This document shows, one piece after another, positions 13,939 to 29,100 of a stretch of DNA of 64,000 bases. The stretch is from Octopus vulgaris (Eukaryota), in assembly GCA_951406725.2 (NCBI GenBank), contig OX597830.1, forward strand, positions 70,122,001 to 70,186,000, in the 5' to 3' direction. Made by a program: the position numbers and the translations under genes. Under the pieces are notes generated by a model. It had not been told where the DNA came from, did no database searches, and saw only the letters and a list, made by a program, of their open reading frames with translations. The first letter of the stretch is position 1. Each line of letters opens with the position of its first letter.

Positions 13939-14428
13939 CTCACACACATTTATACGATATATTTCATCATTCATATCTCAGTTTCTCTTGCATTTTACTC
14001 CCCTGTCTTTGAACATCGTCGTGATCTTCCATCTCATACTACTCCTCTCTATGGCTCAATCACTGATCTCTCTCGGCTCTATCCTCAAACCACTCCTGTA
14101 CGTATATACTTACTCGTTCCTCTCACTTTCACTTTCGATATCTTTTCAATAACGCATGTATGTATCTCTGTCTCTCTCTGTGTCACTGTCTATCTCAGTC
14201 TGTCTGTCTGCCTGTCTGCTTCTCTCTCTCTCTCTCCATATATATATACTTTTACATAAATACACACACACATACTCTCAGAACTTCCAACCTTCATTTT
14301 GCCATCCCAATCTTATCCTTGCGATTTTTCTCATTCACTTTCTAAAGCCTTTAATTCAATTTCTCAACCTCCCTTTCTCCCACCTTGTTACTCTGACTTA
14401 TTCGCTTCAAATTTCCCCTCCTCCTTAT

Positions 14429-14530
<102 letters not shown>

Positions 14531-15003
14531 GATCTATCTATCTATCTATCTATCTATCTAATGTATATATATGTGTATATATGTTTATATCTATCTATCT
14601 ATATATGTATACATACATACATACATATATACATATATACATACATACATACATACATACATATGTATGTATACTAGACTCAACCTGATACTCTCTTACA
14701 AACTATCTCTCATTCTTTCTCTCTGTGTCTCACTCTCTCTTTCTCTCAAACTCACAGATACAGAATAAGGAAGAAACAGAAAGTGTAAGAGATAGATAGA
14801 TAGAGATGCAGACAAAGCTAGCGAGAGAGAGAGAGAGAGAGAGAGAGGAACGGAAAGAAAGATAGAGAGATTAAGAGAAAGAGACTCCCGCACAGTCAGT
14901 TCCGTTTCCAATCTTTCCAAAATCAACGCCCAACACTAATGCACCCCTTCCCGCTCGCTTCTTTCTCTTTTGAAGGATATTGTTACCGAAAAGGTGTATG
15001 CAT

Positions 15004-15102
<99 letters not shown>

Positions 15103-15293
15103 CATGTCTATATGTGTTTGATATACGTATATAATTCATCTGCTATGTCATAGAGACCAGATCTTAAGGCCAATAATGGTAGACACAATTAAAAATACAT
15201 CGTAACAGTCTACTTCCTTTTTAAAGTTTCATTTTTACGATTAACAAACGTACAGCGAACAAAACAGCGGCAACAAGAACAACCACAATAACC

Positions 15294-15327
<34 letters not shown>

Positions 15328-15469
15328 TAACAACATCAATAAGAACAACAACAACATCAACCGCTGCAATAACACCAGTTATAGGAACAATAATAATATT
15401 ATTAGCAAATAAGCAAATAAAATAGCAATAACGCAAAATAATATGAAAAGCAAATTAAAAATAGCATAT

Positions 15470-15507
<38 letters not shown>

Positions 15508-15540
15508 CTATATAAATTTATATAGCTATATCTATATATA

Positions 15541-15581
<41 letters not shown>

Positions 15582-15728
15582 ATGAACTATTTGTGTTTCG
15601 TTACGTAAATATCCATATATACGTATATATGTTTGTATAATGTGTAATAAAATTATATATACATGACGTACATGTTTATACAGTTATATACATTCATATA
15701 CGCATTCATAAACATACAGCTTTATATA

Positions 15729-15770
<42 letters not shown>

Positions 15771-15851
15771 TATACGAATATACGTATATTTAATGAGAAA
15801 AAATTACGTGAGCCAACGAACACATGCTTTATGTAATTTCCATTTATGCTA

Positions 15852-15889
<38 letters not shown>

Positions 15890-16009
15890 TCACATACGAA
15901 TACATATATCATCTACCTCCTTTGTAAATATACTCATAAACGCCCGTACACACATAAATGTATGCATGTGCACACACATGCACCCGCCTCTCTCTCGCTC
16001 TCCCACCAC

Positions 16010-16041
<32 letters not shown>

Positions 16042-16065
16042 ATATAAACATATATATATATATCT

Positions 16066-16151
<86 letters not shown>

Positions 16152-16590
16152 CACTCACACACACACACGCACACACACACGCACACACACAAACAACGTA
16201 TAATACATTCATTTTTATTGATATATATTTATTTCATTTTATACTTTCGCTTTTTCATGTCGATGCCATCATCATGCTCATCATCGTTATTAATATTATT
16301 GTTTTATTATTATCATTATTATTTGATGTTTTCGTCGTTGTTTTTTGTTGCTGTTGTTGTTGTTGTTGTAGTTGTTGTTGTTTATGTTGCTATTGTTAAT
16401 ATTGTTGTCGATGTTGTTGCAGTCGTGGACATTTTTACGACTAAATATCCATGTACGTTCTTTCTTTGAGCAATAACACATGCCATACCTACATCGTAAT
16501 GGCAGCAAAATTGCCTTAAAACTTTCTCACTAAAGAAATAGCTTTGTTTGCAATTCAAAGCACCGCAGCCAACTGAATAGGGAAAATGTT

Positions 16591-16649
<59 letters not shown>

Positions 16650-16979
16650 GACACGCACACATACACTTATATATATATGATTTTTTTTTTTTTTTAGGGT
16701 TTCATTTTTGTGGTTCTTGTGTGTTGGTTTTACTTTTTTTTAAGGGACAGTAAATATTCTTCTGTGATATTTTGTTAGGGGGTTTTCTGCGTTCATAATT
16801 TTTATTCATTTATTTTTATTTTTTTCGTGTGTTTACTCTCATTTTTTTTTTATATTTATATATATATTTTCATATTTTCTTTCATAATACATCGCTCGAA
16901 CAGAAATAATGCGAGAGGAAAATAAAAATAAAATAAAATACTCAACACACACAAATTTTAGTGATTTTACAACCATACA

Positions 16980-17010
<31 letters not shown>

Positions 17011-17383
17011 GTATTATTTGCACATTTGTTTATTTTATTATTTAATATCGCAGTATATTGTGAAGTATAAATGAATGAGAGGATAAATAAGCATAAAATG
17101 TCTTTGTTCTTTAAAAGAGCTATTGTCATACCGGTGATGTGCTGTTCCACTTGTAATTCAAACGTTACGGTTTCGAATACTACTGCTGGTTATCATTCCA
17201 TTCACATAACTTTGATTAAATCAGTTTCTTTTATTTTTTAATAATTTCTCTTTCTCTCTCTCTTTCACTCTGTCTCTGTCTCTGTCTCTCTTTCTCACCC
17301 CTTTCAATACATATACATGCACACATATATATGTATTGTATATTTGTATCTCTGTCACTTTCCCTACCCTTTGGCGTGTAAGT

Positions 17384-17418
<35 letters not shown>

Positions 17419-17463
17419 ATAAAGCACAGGTCTATGCATATAGCTGAGTATGCGTGTGCCCGT

Positions 17464-17506
<43 letters not shown>

Positions 17507-17615
17507 CATACATACATATGAAAAAGCATGTATGAATACATATAAACATATATATGTATCCATATCTCCCTTGCAGTGTGTGTGTGTGTGTGTGTTGTGT
17601 GTGTGTGTGCGTATG

Positions 17616-17661
<46 letters not shown>

Positions 17662-17664
<3 letters not shown>

Positions 17665-17858
17665 AGGGACATTAGCCAACTGAATATGGCTAGGGACAGG
17701 GCAGGGTGGTGGGGGTGTCACTGTTGCATTTAGCCCAGGCGAACATCAACGTCACCAGATCTGTTGACGTTGATGTTCGCCTGGGGTTAAATGCAACAGT
17801 GACACCCCCACCACCCTGCCCTGTCCCTAGCCATATTCAGTTGGCTAATGTCCCTTAT
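17662..17858. repeat. Near-perfect ~197-bp palindrome (fold-back or MITE-like)
   Basis: Arms of ~98 bp centred on CAGATCTG (17756-17763) with no spacer; two mismatches and one indel by eye. Confidence 0.95.
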
Positions 17859-17905
17859 ATTATGGAGCAGTCACTGTCTATATCTCATTTAGAGAATTAT
17901 TATTG

Positions 17906-17980
<75 letters not shown>

Positions 17981-18109
17981 CAGAGTGAGAGAGATAGAAA
18001 GACAGTGTGAGAGAGAGATCATTATATATAAAAAAGTGATTTGACCAGTGTCATACATACATGTATGTGCGCATGTACGTATGTGCATGTACGTATATTT
18101 GTATATGTA

Positions 18110-18119
18110 TGTGTGTATG

Positions 18120-18153
<34 letters not shown>

Positions 18154-18248
18154 TGTATGTATGTATGTATGTATGTATGTATGTATGTATGTATGTATGT
18201 ATGTATGTATGTATGTATGTATGTATGTATGTATGCATGTATGTATGT
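18110..18248 (+). repeat. (TATG)n microsatellite
   Basis: Tandem TATG units. Confidence 0.95.
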
Positions 18249-19216
18249 TTACGGATTTGTGCAGACTTGGTAACACGCTCGAGTTAGATATAAAATGTAA
18301 TCCCCATTCCAAATTGATCATACTAAGTATTTTAGTAATCAATGATAAATGTACATAATTTAAGTATTCATCACGAGTATATACATGCACACATAGAGTA
18401 TATAATGTATATTCAGGTATATACATGTAGGTTCATTATATATGATGTGCCTACAAACAACAGAACAGACATAAACTAGAACGATTTATCAAAAACAAGG
18501 TAATTTTTTTTTATCAAAGGGTCCCTTCTAGATATTCCTTTAATGGTCGAAGGAACAATGATGCTTATCATTGAGATGAACACGTTATAAAATTAAACTG
18601 CGAATGAACCAAGAATATTTAAGAATTAAGTACACAACAGACGCCGCATTTCATCATGGGAGCACAACAAATGTGTATAGTATTTTCTTCAATAAGTCTA
18701 GTGTGGTATTCAAAGATAGAAATATACAACGTAGTCTAAATGGATGAACAATGTTTCATACTAATGCTTTGGTGGCCTACGTCGTGTTTTAAAAGACTGG
18801 GTCGTCACTAAACGATCGTTGTTTTACATAATTCAATCAAAGATCTAAAATCTAAATCACTGAAAAGTAAATTTACATGTATCATATTATTGTATTCTAC
18901 GTAGGATTTCTTAACTTATGTCTTACTGTCTTGTTTGTAAGCATAAAGTAAAAGTAAATATAGATTTAGTGGCTTTGAACTTAATCCATGTAAAGTTTGA
19001 GCAGTGTCTTCTAACAAAAAAAAATGGAAAAAAGGGGTTTTGAGGCATTACTATTCTATAATAATACATTAATAGTATGTATTAGATAAGTTTTGTCTAA
19101 TAAGTTTTCGATGATAGGGATTCAATTCGATCATATGGACTAGCATGTAAGTGGATGAACATTCCACAGACATGTAACTAATTTTCATGCAGAATCAAAG
19201 TGATACAGTTACATCA

Positions 19217-19254
<38 letters not shown>

Positions 19255-19374
19255 ATCGGATACGTACATATGGGACTGCATTACACAACGTGTACTTCCT
19301 ATTTTATGAGAGTAATGATTAAGCTGAAAGATGTGGAATATAATTCTAGTTGGTCAAACGACCTCTCTGTTTTC

Positions 19375-19799
19375 TCTTTTACTCTTTTACTTGTTTCAGT
19401 CATTTGACTGCGGCCATGCTGGAGCACCGCCTTTTGTCGAACAAATCGACCCTAGGACTTATTCTTTGGAAGCCTAGTACTAATTCTATCCTATTCTATC
19501 GGTCTCTTTTGCCGAACCGGTAAGTTACGGGAACGTAAACACACTAGCATCGGTTGTCAAGCGATGTTGGGAGGACAAACACAGACATACAATATATTCA
19601 CACACACACACACACACACAGACGTGTGTATATATATATATGACGGGCTTCTTTCAGTTTCGGTCTACCAAATCTACTCACAAGGCTTTGGTCGGCCCGA
19701 GGCTATAGTAGAAGGCACTTGCCCAAGGTCTTCTTGGGCAACCCGAAACCATGTGGTTGGTAAGCAAGCTACTTACCACACTTCCACTCCTGCGCCTAT
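19375..19799 (-). mobile_element. SINE family B, near full length
   Basis: Minus-strand head AGGCGCAGGAGTGG..GTGTGGTAAGTAGCTTGC (tRNA-like), CORE-like CCTTGGGCAAGTG, internal (CA)/(TA) tract, and 3' end ...GACTGAAACAAGTAAAAGAGTAAAAGAG. Confidence 0.9.
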
Positions 19800-19804
19800 A
19801 ATTT

Positions 19805-19896
19805 AAAAGAGGTGAGGATCGAACTCACGATGTTCAGATTCCTCAACATAAGCTGCTTGATTATGAGACTGGCGCTGCCTACTGCGCTACCAAGGC
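19805..19896 (-). pseudogene. tRNA-Met(CAT) elongator-type pseudogene with 22-nt intron
   Basis: GCCTTGG-TA-GCGC-AGTAGGCA-GCGC-CAGT-CT-CAT-A-[ATCAAGCAGCTTATGTTGAGGA]-A-TCTGA-ACATC-GTGAG-TTCGATC-CTCAC, closely matching eukaryotic elongator tRNA-Met. It has a 2-nt deletion after the D-arm and has lost the 3' acceptor strand. Confidence 0.85.
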
Positions 19897-20095
19897 AACC
19901 TCATAGAGAATCTTTCATTGGCTCGTGTATTTACTATTGTTGTTGTTGTTATAGTTGTTATCGTTGTTTAACCTCAGAGCAGCGCTCATTGAGCTCTCCT
20001 ATGATCAAAGGTACTTTGGTTACGACCGATCTGCCTTTCGTTTCTCTTTTTGCCTAATTCCATGCACAGTATTTCGAGGACTATGTTATCTAATA

Positions 20096-20458
20096 CTAAC
20101 ACTAGACCCGGCAACGCCGAGTCATAGTGCTAATGCATGCATATACAGCTGCATGCGCGCGCACATACACGCGAGTACTGTCCAAATCTCCGACCAATCA
20201 CATACAGCTAGCTGGCATTCAATTGGCGTATCAAGTTTCGGGCATTTTGATTGGGTTTTGGATAGAAAATTCACAAAAAAGTCACTTCTATTGATTTTTT
20301 AATGGCTTTGCGGGGTGACTGGGGAAATGTAAAGATGTGCCCGACCACCCTTGGATGATTTTGAATGACCATAGAAAGTGTGAGCCCTCTAACTGAAAAA
20401 TTGTGGATTTGTATAAAGGACACGCACACAGACATTTTGCTGTTTATGTATAGAGAGA
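20096..20458 (-). mobile_element. Non-autonomous Helitron-like element
   Basis: Minus strand starts (A)TCTCTCTATACATAAA. It ends with the hairpin GCACTATGACTCGGC-GTT-GCCGGGTCTAGTGT followed by TAG(T), a degenerate CTAG terminus. No TSD. Confidence 0.7.
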
Positions 20459-21705
20459 TGTCTTTCCTTTTCAAATATTATAGGGCATGATTTGAGTTAT
20501 AATTGAGGCGTTATTTCCATCAGTTGAGGCAACTCTAGAAGCATTCTCACCCATCGGCGCTAGCGTTCGCGATTAAATCCTGCTGAAACCAGCAGCGTTT
20601 ATAAATAACATAGCGAGCAGAGATTTTATAATTTATCCATCGCATATTTGACTTGGTTTTGTTTTATTTTCTAATTCTATTAGCCTTTTCCCCTCTCTCC
20701 ATTTAGATAATGCTTAAAAAAAAAACATTTATGTTCATTTATTTATTTTTTTAAAGATATTTGTCTTGCAATAATAATAATAATAATAATAATAATATTA
20801 ATAATTCATATCAATATCCGTGAAAAGATAATTAAAAGCGATAAAAAATAAAATATATATAGCAAAAATTATTTAAAAAAAAAAAATGAATGTTTTTGAT
20901 GCATTTTGTGCGATAATACCGGAACAGCAAGCATGATAATGTTGAAATGTGCAGGAATGTCCCTGCATAGAGAAATGCCTTTAGATGTGTTGAAAATTTG
21001 CATGTGTAGCTATTTGTATGTGTAATTGTACGACTAATTATGAGTAAATGAAATTACCTGTGAAACAAGGTCATTAGAGCTTTGCTCTAATTGCTATATT
21101 AAAAAAAAAATGTTATTCTGCAGCCATTAATTTTAACATTGAAGCAATCAATTGATTTTAATAATTTTCTTTTATAATTTCTCTCTTACTCTCTTACGCA
21201 CTTTCGCTCCCTCTCTCTATCTCTATGTTTCTATCTTTGCTGCGTTTCTTTTTTTTTTGTTCTCTCTATCTTTATTACTCCCCTTTATTATTCCATGTCA
21301 CTTCTTTTTTCCTCTCTTACTCTCCGCATCTTTACTGCTCTCCTTTTTTATTCTTTCTATCTTTAATAATCTTTCTTCCTTTCTTCCTTTCTTTCTTTCT
21401 TTCTTTCTTTCTTTCTCTCTCTCTCTCTCTCTCTCTCAAATTGTTTTGTTGTTTGTTTTGTGATTTCATTCAAAAACAAATACCGAAGCACTATTCATTA
21501 ATACATTAGGCATTATTGTGTAAGAATCATATGAAAAATGAAATTCCACGGAGAGCGCAAAAGCCTATTTTATATCGGGATCCAGTCACTTACCTACTTC
21601 ATGAATATTTATATCTAGCACAAATCCTCACATATTCCGAGTGACATTAGCGACGAAAGCAAAGTGAAATAGCTACGACCGGCAATAGATGCTAGCTGAC
21701 AAGGT

Positions 21706-21746
<41 letters not shown>

Positions 21747-22034
21747 AATACACAGAGAGAGAAAGAGGGAGAGAGAGAGAGCTTTCTCTTGCACAGCATG
21801 GCGGAGTTGAGTATTTATTTTATGATCTTGTCTTTTACATGTAAATGAGATTCTGTGACCTTAATGTATTTCTGAAGAGCATTAGGGATGTGAATAAAAT
21901 GGAGGTTTGATCCGGGAGTCAGAACTGGATTCAGGCTCGGTTCAATAGTAGCTTCTTCTCAACACTACGTTGACTGAACGCCACTGAATATACAATCTAC
22001 TGCGTTGAACTCCGCTTGTTTACGAGCTTTTCTC

Positions 22035-22370
22035 TGTTTTCAGTTTTTAGACTGCGGCCATGCTGGAGCATTCCCTTTAAGAACTTTTATTCGAATGAAT
22101 TGACCTCAGTAATTATTGTTTCTTTAAGCCTAGCACTCATTCTATCGTTCTTTTTTGCCGAACCGCTAAGTGACGGAAACGTAAACAAACCAACGCCGGT
22201 TGTAAAGCGGTGGTGGAGGACAAACACAGACACAAAGACACATACACACACACAAGCACACACACATACGTAAATATATGTACGATAGGCTTCTTTAATT
22301 TTCCGTCAACCAAATCCACTCACACGGCTTTGGTCAGCCCGAAGCTTTGGTAGATGACACTTGCTCAAAA
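22035..22370 (-). mobile_element. SINE family B, head missing
   Basis: GACTGCGGCCATGCTGGAGC...TTTTGCCGAACCGCTAAG...CAAATCCACTCACACGGCTTTGGTC. Confidence 0.85.
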
Positions 22371-23399
22371 TATGATGGGAGATAATTTAATACATCGAGT
22401 GGTCTTTAAACGTACTTGGTGGATTTTGCCAACCATGACCCTTAGCTACATTTCTCATAAACTTTCATTATGAATTTAAATATTATCGGTGGCTAACCAA
22501 GTTATATTGATGCCCTGTGGTGACAATACAATACGTAGCAGTCATACTTTGGGGCTGATGAAACTGATTATTCTCCTTCCTCACAAAACATGTCCCCATG
22601 TTAGAAATGAAAATTAGATTTTCCTTTTGTTTTTCTCTCCCAGAGCTATAGAATTGGTGCACTTGAAACGTCATTATGTTGGAATAATTAAAAATTTTAA
22701 TGCAAGATAATTTAAATTTTCACAGAAATCATTTCTTTATTTTTTCCCTTAATGAAATTGCCATTTCAACTAATTAATGATTAATAACTTCAAACACAGT
22801 TAATGTAACATTAACTACTCTAACCCCGCCCACTCTTCTCAAACTTTCACCCCCCTAAAAATGGATGTGGGGAGTACTGAATAGCTGAATAATACATTTT
22901 CAAATTCGGCGTGGGGTGAGGTAACGAACAGAAGAAAACGATATTAAGATATGGGGAGATTTCATTAAACATCAATTAAGACTTATTAAACCAGCTGAAA
23001 GTCTACAGATTGGTAGAGGATGGTGATGGTCAATAGAATTTACTCTCAGTAATATTTTAAAGAACCAGGAATGATAAATGTATAGTCCGACCCAAATGGA
23101 TTTGAACTTGGGAAACCAAGGCTGGAAATGAAAATAATGTAAGGCATTCTCTGTCCCGACTTCTGTCACTTCGTTAGCTTCGTTACAAAGTAAAACGCTT
23201 TACAGAAGATCAGTTATATGGGATACTGCTGGATTGTTAGGCATTTAATTATAAACTCAGATCTATTCCAGGTTGTTGCTCTCCAGCCTGAAGTCAACAT
23301 GGATCAAGCGAACACGCTATGATCAAAAGGTGATCCGACCATGTACATGTTTATTTTTTCTAAAATCCAAGCAGCATTTTAAACATTACAGTGGCAGGC

Positions 23400-23510
23400 C
23401 CAGAGATATGTTAGAAGACATTTGTCCAAAGTGCCACGCAGTGGGACTGAACCCAAAAGCATGTGGTTGCAAAGCGAGTGCCTTTTAACCACACAACCAC
23501 GCTTGTGCCA
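23400..23510 (-). mobile_element. SINE family B head fragment
   Basis: GTGCCACGCAGTGGGACTGAACCC...ATGTGGTTGCAAAGCGAG. Confidence 0.75.
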
Positions 23511-25000
23511 TATAGAGTAATTATAAATTGCTTCAATTCATTTCGTCGACGGTAAATGATAGAGTATACATTAAAAGACTTCTTGCAGCCTTTAGAAAGG
23601 AGGATAAATGTAGATCTGATGCAGCACGGATTTTTGTCAGTGAACAGGTCGCGGATTTTAGCGACGAAAATATTTTGACAAATTATACTTAAATGTTGGA
23701 GTGAATCGAACGGCTTTTGTGTGTTTCTTAAATGGCTTATAAACACCTTCCACGCTGCAATTGTTTTCGTTTCAGCACACGATCTCGGATCAAATTACTT
23801 GCTATGCGAGTGCATCTCCGTAATATATATACTATGACTGAAGAAAAAAAAGCAACAACTAATAGATGGCACAGATCAGTCAGTTCTGATCTCAGGTAAA
23901 ACAATGATAACAGCAATACCACCGACACCTTTAATATCACCAGCAAAAACAATGGTGAGCAACGGGTTTTAAAGGACCACACATGATCTAGGAAAGACGG
24001 ACAAATACAACGGAGTCCTGGACAAAATACTTGCAGTCAATGTTGTGACTCTATACGTTCTGAGATGAAATCGCGCTAAAACCTATTTACAATTTCATTC
24101 TTCCAAGTAACAGTCAGGCGCTGGAGATCTATATAATCGACTATCCTGTCACCCCTCCACTAAATCCCTGGCTTTCTGTCTAAGTTAGACATCACGGTGT
24201 AAATTGATAGACTTGTTAGGATGCCAGGTAAAATGCTGTGTGCTATTTAAAATAAGTACCAATCAAAGAAGTCCTGGATTCACCATAATCGCAATCGATT
24301 ATGGTGAATCCTTGTGCCTGTATTAGATATCATTATATATTATATATTTATTAGAAGAGGATATCATTTTCTTTCGCAGTGACAGTATGGTGCTGAAGGC
24401 GGCTGCTCCGGTGTGTTTGAACAACAAAACTAGATTAGCTCAATCATATCGTAGCCATGTTATCTGTTACATTAACGGCAAGAATTTATTAAGATGTCAT
24501 GTTTAATGACAGTAACCCGCGTTCACCTGCATGTGTACACATGTACAATTGGACACGATGTAGGTGTACGTGGTAGGTGTAAGTAGGTGTGCATCTGTGT
24601 CAACGTATGACGAGATGGGGAGAGTGTGTTTAAGAGTCCTTGACTGTGTATGCTGGAGGGGAGGTTGGGCGTGGGCGGCGGGTGGGTTGAGCTCAGCGAA
24701 GCGGAAACCACTGAAGCTGGTGAGCAACATATTTGAATCAATGATGTATGACACAATAGGAGAGAGAAGGGAGTTATTAATATGTTTAACCAATGCCCAT
24801 AAGATAAGTCTGTTTATATATACATTTGTATATGTGAGTGTTATTGTGTGTATGATAAACGAGTTCCGTATGGCATGCGTTACAGCGTCGGAGCGGGTGT
24901 GTGCGTTTTCACGTATGAAGAAATGTGGAAAGCGATATGTGTACGTAAAATCATTGTAATTAATACATTTATGCATGTTTGCTTGCGCATATAAGCACAA

Positions 25001-25051
<51 letters not shown>

Positions 25052-25387
25052 TGTATACATATTTGAATATGAGAATATAGACACACATATATATGCATAC
25101 AAACATATCTACATATACACATGCATATAACATTATATGCACATGAACATAAATACATTTATCTATCTCTCTATGCATCTATCAATTTCACTCTCTCTTT
25201 CTCTGTGCTCTCTCCTCTTTATATACATATATATATATATATGCACACACATATATTCATATGCATATACACACATATAAATATACCTATATATGCATAT
25301 ATGTATATATATATATATATACATTCAAACATACATGCATACATATGTACATGTATATATATATATCCTCCTAATCTATCTATTTAG

Positions 25388-25465
<78 letters not shown>

Positions 25466-26003
25466 GTGTATGTTTGTCTTCTGAATGTCATCCCATATGC
25501 ATATAAATGTGTATTCGTGCCTGAAACTAAGGTTGTACATAACACGTACATACGTACATACATACATACAAATATACATACATACATGCATCCATCCATC
25601 CATCCATCCATCCATCCATCCATCCAACCATCCACACACACATACATATATACATACATACATATATACATACATACATACAAGCATCCATCCATCCATA
25701 CATACATACATACACAGAGGGAGACACAGTTATGCTAATGGTACAGAGTTGATCATTGAGCCTTTCAGAGCCAACTTGATCCAACAACAAAGACAGAAAC
25801 ACTTTATTCTTTCACTTGATTGAATAACATACACCTGACTGCTAGTGAGACACGCAGACAACAAAATACCTTTGGCAGAAGTGAACACCTGACCCATGAA
25901 TTAGCAATCTAATCGTTTAGACTTACCTCTTTTATTCCACTTGATGTTTCTAATGTGAAACTTAGATTTCAATACTATTTTACTTAATTTTGTATGTATG
26001 CCG

Positions 26004-26116
<113 letters not shown>

Positions 26117-26311
26117 ACTAACCACCTGTCTGCTTCTCTGACTTCCATTGTTCTTGTTTTTTATTATTTTTGATTTCACTATCTTTCTATCTATCTATCT
26201 ATCTATATATCTATCTATCTATCTATCTACCTATCTATCTATCTATCTGTATGTCTGTCTGTCTGTCTGTCTGCCTGTCTGTCTGCCTGTCTGTCTGTCT
26301 ATGTATGGATG

Positions 26312-26344
<33 letters not shown>

Positions 26345-26456
26345 CTATCTATCTATCTATCTATCTATCAATTTATCTATGAATGAATGTATGTGTGCAT
26401 GTATGTATGATACATATATGTTGGTGTGTATGTGTGCACTTCGTGTATATGTGTGC

Positions 26457-26490
<34 letters not shown>

Positions 26491-27059
26491 AATGGGGGAA
26501 AGAGGGAGATAGAGATGAGACCGGCGTTGCTGTGCATCTTACGTCATAGCGTACACCGTTTCACACACGATTCATTCCGATAAAACCTGTTACATTTTGA
26601 AGCGAATGCAATCAGTTGCTATTTCTAGCATGTCATTGACCTCGCAGTGGCTCCTCTCTTGGCTTCTCCGTTGGCTTCTGAGTACGTGTGAGTGTGAGTG
26701 TGAGTCTGCACGCGTAAAAGGATTGTGTGTATTTCAGCGACTTATTGACTGATTCGTGCTACGTTCAAATGAATTCATGATGCATTCTTCGCTATACTTC
26801 CATATAAGAATCAACTCATTAGCAGAGCTAAGTATTAGAAACGTCACAGTTCTGTTGTTTTAGCACAATCTGTCAAACCAACGATATACATTAATACTAC
26901 TTACAGTGATGTGTTTTTTTTTTCTTTTTCTATTTTGTTATTTATATTTTTTGATCTTTGTTTAGTTATATTTTGCTTTATTTTATTTCTGTTAGTAAGA
27001 AGGAAGAAACCATTTTTCATAGCTGAATTTACCTCAACATGCCATTAGGCCTGAGAAGT

Positions 27060-27116
<57 letters not shown>

Positions 27117-27532
27117 GAGAGCGAGATTTTATGTGATATGTGTGTGCATTACATGGATACATGCAAACATACATACATACCTACATACATATATATGTGT
27201 GTGTGTGTATGTATATGTACGTACACACACATCTTTCTATGTATATATACACTAATATATATGGATATACATGCATTCATACTCGCACTCATATACTACA
27301 TTTATATACATATATGTACTTATATATACATATATTATGTATCTATGTGTATACACACATATGCACCTACATCAACACATCCTTATACGTATAATGTAAA
27401 TATATAAGTATATGTATCTGAATATATATATATATGTGTGTGTGTATGTGTGTGTGTGTATGCATGTATGTATGTATATATATATATATACATATATATA
27501 CATATATATATATATACATGCATATATATACG

Positions 27533-27566
<34 letters not shown>

Positions 27567-28657
27567 AATATATATTATATATATATATATATACATACAT
27601 GCAAATATATATACATAACATATATATATATTTTTTTTCGCACCCACCAATATATAGACGTACAATACATTTGTATATGGATGTAAAATTATAGATTGTC
27701 ACGTATGTGTAGATAGAGACAGGAAGTATATAAATGAAAACTGTGTGATGAAAAATCATATTTTAGAATTAGGCTGGCGTGAATTCTTTCATAAAGCTAT
27801 TTCCAAATAACTGCCATTCATTAAGCCGAAAATTTGCATGGCAGTTGGTGGCCTAGTAGCTAGCAAACATCTTTGTTAACAGATTGAGCACTTAGCCAGC
27901 TAAAATGTTGAAAAGAAGTTATGGTAGTAATTTTAGAACAAGTCTGTTGTTAGTCTAGAGCAATGCTAGTTAGTACATTAGCAGAGCTAGATTTTTGTAT
28001 GAGGGATTGAAGTAACGTTAAGTACGTAGTTAACTATCATTTGTACATTGTTGATCGTCTGTAATCATTTATAGACGGCAGTTGTATTCGTAATAGGATT
28101 GACAAGGCCATTTCAGTAGTACGGTTTGGTACTATAGCTGTATGTATGGTGCGTTTAGTGATTATGTATGTGTGCATGCAAACTTGGTAAACATTCGTAT
28201 CCAGTGTAGAATCAATTTAGTAAAATAGATACCAAAACATCAATCGTAGCTATATGAACATCAACCGGTATAATATCTGATAAATGTATATAACTACACG
28301 GGTATTAAAAGTGATACGAGTAAAGAGCCTGGAAGAATGTCTGTACTTCAAGGGTGAGAACTCTTTTCAACGTCAGTGTAAGTGCATAAAGAACCTGTGA
28401 TATTAGCCGTGTTCTAAGAAAAATACTGAATTTTTAATTCTATAAATTCGTATGAATTCCGTGCTTTCTATGTCTCATAAGGTTTTGAATCTACAAGGAA
28501 TTTTCCAGGTGCAAATCTTTCCAGTTGCTGAGGAAAGATTTATACCTCTCTCTCTCTCTCTTCCTCCACTCTCTCTCTATCTCTCTATCTATCTATTTCT
28601 CCCTCTATATATATGTGTGTGCCTCATATCGTCGTTTAGAAGGCGAATCAGGAGATA

Positions 28658-28714
<57 letters not shown>

Positions 28715-29044
28715 TATTATTATTATTATTATTATAGAACACAAAAGGATAAAATACAAAATTGAATTCGCTAAATGTTAATGGTGCCTATAAGGGCGCA
28801 AGGAGAAATAGACTTCCCCCTCTTCAGGAAGCGAAACATTAACGTTGCAAATGCAGGATGGGAACGCACCAGCATTGGACTGCTAATTCCTTTTCAGCGA
28901 AGTAGACAGCCATGTTCACCTTTCTCAACAACACAATGCTCTTCTCAGATCGAGAGTTCAACTAAAAGACATTTGACTATGAACCATACCACAACCACAA
29001 GACCACGCACCATCACAGAGGCGCATACATGTCTAAATATGCAA

Positions 29045-29075
<31 letters not shown>

Positions 29076-29100
29076 CATACACATATACACGCACATACAT

